Below, in pieces: positions 1-7,702 of a stretch of DNA of 20,000 nucleotides. This stretch comes from an uncultured virus (IMG/VR IMGVR_UViG_3300013233_000702) (taxonomy: Duplodnaviria; Heunggongvirae; Uroviricota; Caudoviricetes), in the IMG/VR virus record IMGVR_UViG_3300013233_000702; one strand, written 5' to 3'. Numbering within the stretch: the first letter of the stretch is position 1; every line of letters starts with the position of its first letter. Position numbers and translations under genes: made by a program. A model generated the notes under the pieces. It was not told where the DNA came from, searched no databases, and saw only the letters and a program-made list of their open reading frames with translations.

Positions 1-1048
1 ATCTTCTTCCCCTCAGATATGTCTCTATCCTGCGGATGACCTCCTCGGCGGAGATCATGTGCATGCATTCGGCTATCCGAAGGCTCCTCGTGACCTGCAC
101 AGGCCTGCTGCACAGGTGATCGTCCTTCTCGTCCCCGTCCCCGACCTGCTGACAGCGGGACCGCCAGCAACCGCCCCGGTCGCAGCAGTCCAGCACGCCG
201 TTCATGTGCAGGTACTGGTGCTCCGGATATGCCTCCCACTGTGCAGGCTCCCTGCCACCGGCCACCACGACGCATGGCCTGTTCCTGCCGTCACGGGTCG
301 GGACCGCTGCAGCCGCGTGCATGGCGAAGGTGACCGGACACAGCACGCCACTGGAGTGGTGGATGAGCCTGATGAACTGGCGCAGGTCTGTCCTGCCGCG
401 CAGGTCGATGACGTTCCTGAGCGGAGGGTGGAAGTGCTTTCCATCTGAGGCAGGTCCGTGACTCTCCCCGCACTGCACGAACTTTACCCTGTCCTGGAAC
501 CAGTCCACGACCTTCTGGTACCGCGCCGGATCCCACCACTTGGCGGTGTAGTCGTACTTGCCTCCGGCGACGACTATCCAGAAGGGTCCACCGTGGCCGG
601 TCTCCGCCACCTGCGAGATCCATTCCTTCTCTTCCCGTCCGAGGTGGATGTCCCCATGGAACGCCGTCATACGGATACGGATGCCGAGGATGTCCTCGAG
701 GCAGTGCGTGAATCCATGCAGGAAGTGGTAGGGGGCATGGTTGCTGCGGTGTATGAGGTCATACTCGAGGTAGTGCGGCTCTATCTCCTTGTCCTCGAGC
801 ACGATCCGGACCTTCACGTCTCCGGACCTGTCGGTGACGTCGGTGACGTGCGGTCCGTCCTCGCCGTCTTTGGCCCTCCTCCAGGCCATCCTGGTGAGGC
901 GTTGGTTGTTCTGCCATATCTCTGGGCACGGCGTGCAGACGTCGGTGAGATACTTTTCTGGATGATTGATGTGGAGGTCGCGGACGGCTGCGGTCATCAT
1001 GAGCACGTCGCCGGGAGACTGTTCGTTGCACAGCAGTAGCTTCCGCAT
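1..1048 (-). CDS. Glycosyltransferase family 9 (heptosyltransferase-like, GT-B fold); stop codon lies beyond the left edge
   Basis: Absent from the ORF track because there is no stop in the window. Manual translation from ATG 1048 gives MRKLLLCNEQSPGDVLMMTAAVRDLH...WIVVAGGKYDYTAKWWDPARYQKVV...FVQCGE...NVIDLRGRTDLRQFIRLIHHSSGVLCPVTFAMHAAAAV...VVVAGGREP...CCDRGGCWRSRC...ECMHMISAEEVIRRIETYLRGRR (349 codons to base 2). GDV, K-W, DLRG-T-L and MH-AAA are typical GT9 motifs. The + ORFs 59..448 and 458..1039 are its antisense shadows. Confidence 0.9.
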   Translation of the reverse strand, partial: MRKLLLCNEQSPGDVLMMTAAVRDLHINHPEKYLTDVCTPCPEIWQNNQRLTRMAWRRAKDGEDGPHVTDVTDRSGDVKVRIVLEDKEIEPHYLEYDLIHRSNHAPYHFLHGFTHCLEDILGIRIRMTAFHGDIHLGREEKEWISQVAETGHGGPFWIVVAGGKYDYTAKWWDPARYQKVVDWFQDRVKFVQCGESHGPASDGKHFHPPLRNVIDLRGRTDLRQFIRLIHHSSGVLCPVTFAMHAAAAVPTRDGRNRPCVVVAGGREPAQWEAYPEHQYLHMNGVLDCCDRGGCWRSRCQQVGDGDEKDDHLCSRPVQVTRSLRIAECMHMISAEEVIRRIETYLRGRR

Positions 1049-1056
1049 TGCGTAAC

Positions 1057-1063
1057 TATGTAC
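1057..1063 (-). promoter_or_regulatory. Putative promoter motif GTACATA, 8 nt upstream of the GT9 ATG
   Basis: The same heptamer occurs at 13700-13706 (-), with variants at 8741-8747 (+) and 3986-3992 (+), each at the head of a gene. There is no SD between motif and ATG. Confidence 0.5.
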
Positions 1064-1096
1064 GGCTCTGCACACAGGGCTTGATGTTCCGCTGAA

Positions 1097-1104
1097 CAAA
1101 GATA
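1097..1104 (+). promoter_or_regulatory. Putative promoter motif CAAAGATA
   Basis: Identical octamer at 8718-8725 (-) and CAAACATA at 3933-3940 (-), each in a divergent intergenic region pointing into a gene. Confidence 0.5.
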
Positions 1105-1147
1105 CCGTGTGATCGGAGGAAGGATCCGGCACGAAGGAGGTGCACCA

Positions 1148-1504
1148 ATGAGCATCGTCAACCAGATACTGGGCTTCTTCAACCCAAAGCGCACAGAGCG
1201 TACGCAGAGGCGCAGGTTCTCCCGGATGACCGAAGAGCAGGTCACGACGTACATCAAGGACTGCATCAAGCGCAACGAGGGCTGCCAACACTATCACCTC
1301 ATGATCAGGCAGACCGAAGACAAGGACCTCGCCAGGGCCCTGCTCGCGTGCGGCTTCCCGTACGAACTCGTCAGGAAGGCCGAGGAGAAGGCAAAGCTCG
1401 ATCACGTCATCGTCGCAACCGTGCACTACGAACGGGCCGAACACCTGGCCGAGATGCTCCGCAAGGAGAATCCTGCCCTCAAGGTGAGCATAATGGAGGC
1501 ATGA
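1148..1504 (+). CDS. Hypothetical protein (118 aa)
   Basis: ATG 1148 is preceded by a strong SD (AAGGAGGT) and is preferred over the track's GTG at 1109. First of three tightly packed + genes. Confidence 0.75.
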   Translation: MSIVNQILGFFNPKRTERTQRRRFSRMTEEQVTTYIKDCIKRNEGCQHYHLMIRQTEDKDLARALLACGFPYELVRKAEEKAKLDHVIVATVHYERAEHLAEMLRKENPALKVSIMEA

Positions 1505-1505
1505 C

Positions 1506-1856
1506 ATGAGGGACCTTGGTCGGCTCATAGCCGTTCTCGAGGAGGACATCGGGGTTGACAGGGTAGAGGAGGCCGGAACCCAGGTCATAAGGGCGTGCGG
1601 AGTGCCATGGTCCATGTCGAGCAGGACCGTGCACGAGTTCCACACGGACCTTGCCGGCATGTCCGTCAGCGTGTTCCATGAAAGGCGGAACGGGAACGCC
1701 GTGACCGAAGTGTCCGCCGACGGGCAGGACCTGCACGACCTGGACGAGAGCACCCTCGTGAAGCTGGCCTCGGCCATGGGCATCGGACAGCATGGCCAGA
1801 ACCTTGCGGAGTCCATATACGGTGCGATCGTGAACGACCTGCCCCTGGAGACATGA
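1506..1856 (+). CDS. Hypothetical acidic protein (116 aa)
   Basis: Starts 1 nt after the previous stop (TGA-C-ATG) with GGAGG upstream; GC3-rich codons. Confidence 0.7.
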   Translation: MRDLGRLIAVLEEDIGVDRVEEAGTQVIRACGVPWSMSSRTVHEFHTDLAGMSVSVFHERRNGNAVTEVSADGQDLHDLDESTLVKLASAMGIGQHGQNLAESIYGAIVNDLPLET

Positions 1857-2351
1857 ATGAGCGGAACGGAACCTCCTGCGCACCTGAACTCACGCCCCGT
1901 CATCCTCCCAGAGGACGGCTTTACCTGTCCACCGGTGCCGGCGTTCATCGACGTGTTCGGGCGGACGAGGCCGAACTTCGTGCGGGCAGAGGACCGCAGG
2001 ATCGGCGTCAACGTCCAGGTCGGAGACTCCGTGGCCCTCAAGGACGGCAGGCGGGTCCTGCAGTGCTGCTCAGAACAGGATGGGACGGTCGGCAGCTCTG
2101 GAGGGGGCGAGGGTTGCCGCACCAACGTGACCGTCCTGGGCCAGGCCGAAGTGGTGGTCAAGAAGCGAGGCCCGCGGCGGACGGTGCTGGTCGTGCAGGA
2201 CTATAGGTCGGGGCAGTTCGACGAGTCCGCGAACAGGGTGGTGCGGGGGAGCAGGGCTCCGTGTACGGTGCTGCCGGCCATAAGGACGGCCAGGTTCCTG
2301 TCCATTCCAGAGGGAAGATTCTCCGTGGAGGGTGGGGTCGAACCCGCCTAG
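1857..2351 (+). CDS. Hypothetical protein (164 aa)
   Basis: Abuts the previous stop (TGA-ATG) with GGAG upstream; Val-rich, beta-strand-like composition; its stop overlaps the convergent gene's stop at CTAG 2348-2351. Confidence 0.65.
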   Translation: MSGTEPPAHLNSRPVILPEDGFTCPPVPAFIDVFGRTRPNFVRAEDRRIGVNVQVGDSVALKDGRRVLQCCSEQDGTVGSSGGGEGCRTNVTVLGQAEVVVKKRGPRRTVLVVQDYRSGQFDESANRVVRGSRAPCTVLPAIRTARFLSIPEGRFSVEGGVEPA

Positions 2352-2689
2352 GTACACCTTGATGCTGTCTTCCATACTGCGGATGGCATGCCGTTCCTTA
2401 TGGTCGGTATTCTCTTGAACAGGACGTTGTGCCTTGTGTTATAGTACCATTCGCTCCTTGATGTCACTGGATCCGGCTCGTAGCTGCTGAAGGGCACTTC
2501 CTCTGCCCCTACGAGCTCCTGGAAGCGGAGCGGGTTGGTGCCGGTTCCTATCCTTCCCTTGGACCTTCTGGCGATGAGGTCGGCAAGGAAGTCCGTTTCG
2601 AACCTTGGGTTGACGGTGAGGTCGGCCCATTGGTCTATGGTGAGCCTGGACCAGTCGTCGACGGAGAGGGTGTTCCAGGAGATGGACAT
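2348..2689 (-). CDS. Hypothetical protein (113 aa), possibly fibre-associated
   Basis: Directly follows the collagen gene's TAG with an AGGGAG SD. The N-terminus has Trp every 8 residues (WNTLSVDD WSRLTIDQ WADLTVNP); EWYYNT motif near the C-terminus. Confidence 0.7.
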   Translation of the reverse strand: MSISWNTLSVDDWSRLTIDQWADLTVNPRFETDFLADLIARRSKGRIGTGTNPLRFQELVGAEEVPFSSYEPDPVTSRSEWYYNTRHNVLFKRIPTIRNGMPSAVWKTASRCT

Positions 2690-3910
2690 CTATATCTCCC
2701 TGGCGGCCATGTAGGTTGCGGCCTTGACGGTAGTGGCACTGGAGCTTAGGTTAAGCTGTGCCCACCTGAACGAAAGGACTCCACCGGTCTGTACGTCAAT
2801 GAAGCCGTTCATCCTGATTATCCTGCGCTTGTTGGCACCGTCTCCTGCTATGCTGGACTTGCGCACGGAGGACGGCAACGCCGTGTCGACGTTCATGTCC
2901 ACGTCGATCGTGGATGAGCTCTGTTCGTTCTGCGTACCGAGATACCAGGTGAGCATCGTGGAGTTCATGGCTCCGGTTCCGGTGAATCCCCAATGATACT
3001 GGAGGTCCGGAGTCGCGCTAGCGGCAACGATCATGCCGTTCATCTCTATCAGGTATTTCTTGCCTGCGACCAGCGTGAGCTGAAGCTCCGGATCGTCCTC
3101 TATGGTCGGCGGAAACGTAGCGGAACTAGTCCTGGACGTGTCGGTCGTCTTCTTTACGAACAGGATTCCGCCACCGCCACCCGCAGGACCGGTAGCCCCG
3201 GTCGGGCCGACTGGCCCGGTAGCCCCGGTGGCCGACGCGCTCCCGGCCACGCCCTGCGGGCCAGTGGGACCCGTCGGACCAGTCGCTCCATCAGCTCCCT
3301 GTGATCCTGTTGGGCCGGTCGGCCCCGGAGCTCCAGCACCGGTTGGACCCGTCGGACCGATAGTCCCCTGCTGACCAGTTGCTCCGGTCGGTCCGGTCGC
3401 TCCCGCACCGGTGGGGCCCTGGGGACCGGTCGGTCCCGTCTGCCCTGCAGGTCCGGTCACTCCCGCACCAGTTGGACCCTGGGATCCGGTCGGCCCGGTC
3501 GGTCCTGCCGATCCTGCCGATCCTGCGGGTCCGGTAGCCCCCGCGCCGGTTGGGCCCTGTGGCCCGGTCGCCCCGGTCGCCCCGGTCGCCCCGGTCGCGC
3601 TTGCTGTTCCGTCGAGACCCTTCGGTCCGGTTGGACCGGTCGGTCCTGCCTGCCCCTGCGGCCCGGTAGGTCCCGTCTGGCCGGTGAGTCCAGTAGAACC
3701 AGTTGGACCAGTTGGTCCTGCCTGCCCCTGCGGCCCGGTAGGTCCCGTCTGGCCGGTAAGTCCAGTAGGACCGGTCGGTCCGGTCACTCCAGTTCCGAGC
3801 TCGGTCAGCTTGGTGCCGATCTTCTTGAAGTTGTCGTTTATGGCGCGGCCACCATCACCGGTCGGATCCGGGACGAGTATTTCGAGACCGTCCTGTATCT
3901 CTAAGCCCAT
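2690..3910 (-). CDS. Collagen-like fibre protein with C-terminal beta-rich globular head (406 aa)
   Basis: Short N-terminus ([11 protein letters not shown], like tail-fibre N-termini), ~200 aa of interrupted Gly-X-Y repeats (GPT, GAT, GPQ), a G5 linker, then a ~155-aa beta-strand-rich domain of the general type that caps trimeric collagens (BclA-CTD/C1q-like; inferred). Confidence 0.85.
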   Translation of the reverse strand: MGLEIQDGLEILVPDPTGDGGRAINDNFKKIGTKLTELGTGVTGPTGPTGLTGQTGPTGPQGQAGPTGPTGSTGLTGQTGPTGPQGQAGPTGPTGPKGLDGTASATGATGATGATGPQGPTGAGATGPAGSAGSAGPTGPTGSQGPTGAGVTGPAGQTGPTGPQGPTGAGATGPTGATGQQGTIGPTGPTGAGAPGPTGPTGSQGADGATGPTGPTGPQGVAGSASATGATGPVGPTGATGPAGGGGGILFVKKTTDTSRTSSATFPPTIEDDPELQLTLVAGKKYLIEMNGMIVAASATPDLQYHWGFTGTGAMNSTMLTWYLGTQNEQSSSTIDVDMNVDTALPSSVRKSSIAGDGANKRRIIRMNGFIDVQTGGVLSFRWAQLNLSSSATTVKAATYMAAREI

Positions 3911-3932
3911 TACCTGCCCCTTCCTGTTCCTC

Positions 3933-3940
3933 TATGTTTG
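3933..3940 (-). promoter_or_regulatory. Putative promoter motif CAAACATA
   Basis: One-mismatch variant of CAAAGATA, 22 nt upstream of the collagen ATG at 3910, followed by a purine-rich SD-like leader. Confidence 0.4.
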
Positions 3941-4021
3941 GCCGCGCATGGGGATAGTTACTCCGCCAAGCCGTTCCGTCCGGCAGTAGATATGCGTCGG
4001 GCCTACCAGTGGAGGATATCC

Positions 4022-4495
4022 ATGTCGAAGTACGGAAAGACCAAGTGCGACGTGTGTGGGGAGATGATCAGCAACGGTGGTGCAGCCTACACGTCGCATC
4101 AGCGCGCGCACGTGAGGCGTAAGGAGGCGGTCGAGTTCAGGCGCGGTAACAAGCTGCTGTTCGTCCCCGCCGGGGCATGCGCCAGGTACATAGAGGAGCA
4201 GCCCTATGCCAGGCTCGGCGAGGAGCCGCTTCCGGGACAGCCAAAGGACGTCTGGTCCATAACCGAGGCCTTGAAGGAGCTCAAGGCCGTCGACCCCGCT
4301 CAATACTACGTGACGTCCGGCGAGGCGATCAAGAAGGCCGAAAAGCTGGTGAAGGATGCCTATTCGCTGGCCGTCCGGTCAAAGTCCTTTAGGGACCGCC
4401 TCATTTCCGCACGGGGCAGCAAGAAGTATCTCGAGACGTCCCGCGAGGACAATCACCTGCTCGTCAAGAGCAAGGACCCGCGTTCAAGGTCATAG
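4022..4495 (+). CDS. Hypothetical protein with N-terminal C2H2-type zinc-finger motif (157 aa)
   Basis: ATG 4022 has a GGAGG SD, which is better supported than the track's start at 3938. It contains CDVC-x13-HQRAH and is a basic protein. Confidence 0.75.
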   Translation: MSKYGKTKCDVCGEMISNGGAAYTSHQRAHVRRKEAVEFRRGNKLLFVPAGACARYIEEQPYARLGEEPLPGQPKDVWSITEALKELKAVDPAQYYVTSGEAIKKAEKLVKDAYSLAVRSKSFRDRLISARGSKKYLETSREDNHLLVKSKDPRSRS

Positions 4496-4504
4496 GAGAT
4501 AAGC

Positions 4505-4771
4505 ATGGGCGTTACGTTCACGTCGAACCGCGTTACCTATAGGCTGGCCCTCTCGTACGAGAGCGCAAGGATGCTCAGGGAGGCGATGGGACTACTGCCG
4601 GAGGACAGGCGCAGGTCTCCCCTCTTCAAGAGCCTCACGAGGGACCTCGACCGCTCCATAACCATGATGGAACGGACGATAAAGAACGAGAAGCTGGTGC
4701 AGGAGGAACGTAGGAAACGATACGCCTCCAGGAAGAAGGACGGGAGACCAAGGACCGACGGGAAGGTCTAG
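4505..4771 (+). CDS. Hypothetical basic protein (88 aa)
   Basis: AGGAG SD; helical, Arg/Lys-rich C-terminus; its stop shares CTAG 4768-4771 with the convergent tmk. Confidence 0.7.
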   Translation: MGVTFTSNRVTYRLALSYESARMLREAMGLLPEDRRRSPLFKSLTRDLDRSITMMERTIKNEKLVQEERRKRYASRKKDGRPRTDGKV

Positions 4772-5499
4772 AACGGACCAGCTATCTCCTCGACGTGCTT
4801 CAGGACCTTCCTGAACACCTCGTCCGCGCTCCTGGACGCGTCGACCACGAACGGACCGTCCCGGACGAACGAGCGCACCCTGTGGTAGATCTCGTGGGTC
4901 TCCTTCTCATCCTCGGTTGGGCACGCCTGCCTAGTAAGCTCCGGACGCCATAGGCGGACAGACCGTCTGGTAACGTCGGCGAGGAGCCCGTACAGCTTCA
5001 CGACCTTGCAGTGATAATCCTCTCCCCTCGACTCGATCTTGCACTTGACGTCCCCGTCGTGATGCCTGCGCTGGAGCAGGACGTCGTGCCCGGTGTGCAG
5101 GACGACGAGATTCATGAGGGCGCACCCGGCTCCCTGGGAGGCGGCTAGGAACCCATCTATCTGCTCCCAGGACATACCCCCTGCCCTTGCGTAGATCATT
5201 CCGGAAACGAGGTTCGACCTGTCGCTCAGGACGACCTTCTTCCTTAACATAGCCGGGTCGAGCACCTCGTGAACGAACGCGCTCTGATCGACGGCCATCA
5301 GGACCTGCTCGGTATATGGGTCGAGCGAGACCTCCTGGTCGTTCTTTACCAGGTTCCTCACTATCCGACCGAGCGGGGTGGCTCCAGGCATCCTGACCAT
5401 TACGTTGTCGATGCCGGACTCGCTAAGCTCCTCGGAGAGCCTGTCGAGCAATGTCGTCTTTCCTGCGCCGTCCGGCCCTTCTATTACCACGTATGCCAT
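4768..5499 (-). CDS. tmk: Thymidylate kinase (dTMP kinase) family protein (243 aa)
   Basis: Real start at ATG 5499 (MAYVVIEGPDGAGKTT, P-loop) with GGAGGA SD; RMPGATPLG (canonical REPGGT..G), VLSDRS (canonical DR) and VVDASRSADEV lid/C-terminal motif. The track's extension to 5841 is spurious. Confidence 0.9.
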   Translation of the reverse strand: MAYVVIEGPDGAGKTTLLDRLSEELSESGIDNVMVRMPGATPLGRIVRNLVKNDQEVSLDPYTEQVLMAVDQSAFVHEVLDPAMLRKKVVLSDRSNLVSGMIYARAGGMSWEQIDGFLAASQGAGCALMNLVVLHTGHDVLLQRRHHDGDVKCKIESRGEDYHCKVVKLYGLLADVTRRSVRLWRPELTRQACPTEDEKETHEIYHRVRSFVRDGPFVVDASRSADEVFRKVLKHVEEIAGPF

Positions 5500-5849
5500 C
5501 CTTGTTCCTCCATCGTCAGTAGTGTGATCAGTGCGAGCACGGACGCTGCCAACACTAGCAGAAGGACGTGCCTGTGCCGTCCCCTTCTCCTTCGCCCATG
5601 CGTCCGTATGAGCCTGTTCACTGGCTCCGCCGAGGACGCCAGGACCTCCGGACCGGTACCGCCGGAGAGCCTGCGGAGGGCCTCCAGGCGTTCGTCGTTC
5701 TGGTCTGCGCGGCGCAGTTCCCGTGCGTAGCATCCCTTCTCGGCGAGGATCAAGGCGGCCTGCGCCGGGGAGGCTGCAGTGAGGATGCCCCGCGCCTCGA
5801 TAACCTTGCCGTCCTGCATGGACACGGCTATGTAGGCCCATCTATGCAA
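5484..5849 (-). CDS. Small membrane-anchored protein with N-terminus resembling the PilC/GspF N-terminal domain (121 aa)
   Basis: RWAYIAVSMQDGKVIEARGILTAASPAQAALILAEKGCYARELR resembles the PilC/GspF N-terminal pattern (F-Y-A...G....G.I.A.S...A...L...G). An Arg-rich stretch precedes a hydrophobic helix (VLLLVLAASVLALITLL). TTG start is uncertain. Confidence 0.65.
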   Translation of the reverse strand: MHRWAYIAVSMQDGKVIEARGILTAASPAQAALILAEKGCYARELRRADQNDERLEALRRLSGGTGPEVLASSAEPVNRLIRTHGRRRRGRHRHVLLLVLAASVLALITLLTMEEQGWHTW

Positions 5850-5862
5850 GCTTCTCGTGCTC

Positions 5863-7032
5863 CTACAGCATCGCGGCGTAGGCCGTGGCGCGCCGCTCCG
5901 TAAACGAGTTGGCGAGCGGAACGCGCCTGCCGCCTATCCCTCTGGCGTCCTCCTCCCGGACCAGCAGCAGCACACGGTCCGCGCGCTGCCTCCAGTACCT
6001 GATCCTGTCGGCCATCTCCTTCCTGCCGCCCTTGTCGAACAGGAAGTCCAGGACAACCACGTCCGCGTGGCCGTCCGTTCCAGCGAAGGTGGTCCGCAGG
6101 AACTTCTCTATTCTTGGGAAACTTCCAGAGGTCGCATAGTCGCACCCCATCCTTGCCGCCGCGAAGGCCCTGCTCCCGTAGTCAGGATAGGGGTCCATGA
6201 CCGTTCCGGTGACGCAGAGCCTCTGAAATATCCTTAGAAACAGGGCTGGGGATGGCACGCTCTGTATCTTGTCGTGATAGGGGTAGTTCAGGCTGTAGAT
6301 CCTGGCAGCAACAGTGGCGTAGCGCATTATGTTCAACCACGTGACGTTGTGACGGTTCCTGATGCACCGGCGCATAGCCCTGACCAGGAGCCGCATGAAC
6401 CCATCGTACCCCGTGGCCGCACGGACCCTGGTGAACCAGTTGCCGAGGAAGTATGGCAGTATTAGTTCCTTGGCTCTCTTGCCGTTCGCCCAGGTCTTCA
6501 TGGCTCCGCCGTATTCGTCTACGTCGACGTCCACCATGGTGTGGTAGACGCCAGACATGTGGCTGTGCGGCGGGAGGGGCGGTTCTTCGCTGTTGAGAAC
6601 CATGTGCACGACGCGGTGGGTCTGCAGAACACGCTGCACCATGCTGGCCGAGACTATGTCCCTGTGTGGCAACAGGAAGAAACGGTCGTCGTGCCTATAC
6701 TGCTGCCTGATGAACAGTTCCCGCTCGCCATACAGGGGTGCCAGTGGGGCGTGCTTGAAGTCAATGAAGTCCTTGTAGCCCGTTATGAAGCTGATCCGTA
6801 GGCCCTTACCGGATATCCTGACCTTCCTGACTATCGGGTCGGCCCTGAGGTTGTAAAGGGCCTGCATGGCGTTGCGGTCGCGGTACATCTTGCGGATGTC
6901 GGCGTTCGGTTCATATTTTGCCTCCTCGACCCTGTCGCCGGGGTCGTCATGGAGATATGGCATCCTGGTTCGTGTAGTGCGGAGAGGGCTTAAGCCTTTC
7001 CTCTTCCTGGAAGATTTTCTCTGTACCCTCAT
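5863..7032 (-). CDS. Degenerate DNA methyltransferase-like protein (start may be 6963)
   Basis: C-terminal PSPALFLRIFQRL...GTVMDPYPDYGSRAFAAARMGCDY resembles motif X/I of viral amino-methyltransferases (VLDP-x-G-WG-G-R). At the expected motif IV position it reads DVVVLDFLF rather than (D/N/S)PPY. Confidence 0.55.
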   Translation of the reverse strand: MRVQRKSSRKRKGLSPLRTTRTRMPYLHDDPGDRVEEAKYEPNADIRKMYRDRNAMQALYNLRADPIVRKVRISGKGLRISFITGYKDFIDFKHAPLAPLYGERELFIRQQYRHDDRFFLLPHRDIVSASMVQRVLQTHRVVHMVLNSEEPPLPPHSHMSGVYHTMVDVDVDEYGGAMKTWANGKRAKELILPYFLGNWFTRVRAATGYDGFMRLLVRAMRRCIRNRHNVTWLNIMRYATVAARIYSLNYPYHDKIQSVPSPALFLRIFQRLCVTGTVMDPYPDYGSRAFAAARMGCDYATSGSFPRIEKFLRTTFAGTDGHADVVVLDFLFDKGGRKEMADRIRYWRQRADRVLLLVREEDARGIGGRRVPLANSFTERRATAYAAML

Positions 7033-7702
7033 GCACCACCTCGCGCAACAGGTCTATGTATATCAGGTTCTTCACCAGGCCGTTGCATACACTACGTATT
7101 CTCGTCCCTGTCAGCTTCGCGCACTCCCGCATGGATAACCCCATGGTGGCGTAGTGATCCCTGAGCCAGTTATATTCCTTAGACTGTTTCTTCAGCATTA
7201 CGCCAAGCTGCTTAGAGGTCCTTGCCACGAAGGCCCCCTCTATCATCTTGGGCATTCCTTTTCCCTTAAACGGCTCCCGTGCCTCCTGTGGGGAGTAGCC
7301 GGCATCCAGTAGTCTCTGAAACCATGTCTCCTTGTCAATGAGCATCTCTGGCATCGCACCCGGAAGGGTCCTGCGACGATATGCACGCTGCAGGTTCTTT
7401 CTTGCCCTATCCTTTCCTTCCTTGTCCTTTCCTTCCTTGATGAGCTCTGCCTTGCGGGCCCTCGCGCGCTCCCGTGCCCTCTCGTGCACCTCTGCAAGGA
7501 ACTCCCTGGCCCGCGCGGCATTCTTCTTGAACGGTTCCGGAACCGGATTGCTCAGACCATGCCGCTTGCGCAGTCTCCTGACATATCCTATGGAATGCCC
7601 TAGAAGCTGAGCCTGCCTTGCGTTGGACAGGCCACGGTGTGCCCTGAAGAAGTCAAGAACTGACTTTCTGCTTTCCGGGTCGACCGGAACCGTCAACGCC
7701 AT
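6947..7702 (-). CDS. Basic protein with two helix-turn-helix-like segments (251 aa)
   Basis: GLSNARQAQLLGHSIGYVRRLRKRHGL near the N-terminus and WLRDHYATMGLSMRECAKLTGTRIRSVCNGL near the C-terminus both fit HTH patterns. GGAG SD precedes ATG 7702. Confidence 0.7.
   Translation of the reverse strand: MALTVPVDPESRKSVLDFFRAHRGLSNARQAQLLGHSIGYVRRLRKRHGLSNPVPEPFKKNAARAREFLAEVHERARERARARKAELIKEGKDKEGKDRARKNLQRAYRRRTLPGAMPEMLIDKETWFQRLLDAGYSPQEAREPFKGKGMPKMIEGAFVARTSKQLGVMLKKQSKEYNWLRDHYATMGLSMRECAKLTGTRIRSVCNGLVKNLIYIDLLREVVHEGTEKIFQEEERLKPSPHYTNQDAISP

Noticed and set aside
59..1039. Plus-strand ORFs 59..448, 204..461 and 458..1039
   Set aside because: They are antisense shadows of the minus-strand GT9 gene.
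2687..2692. TAG readthrough or amber recoding fusing the collagen to the next in-frame ORF
   Set aside because: The downstream ATG has its own AGGGAG SD, the same stop-ATG abutment occurs with TGA at 1854-1859, and other TAG stops fall at natural domain ends with no genes fragmented by TAG.
5500..5841. N-terminal extension of tmk in the ORF track
   Set aside because: The kinase fold starts at MAYVVIEG (5499) with an SD, and the extension overlaps a more plausible gene in another frame.
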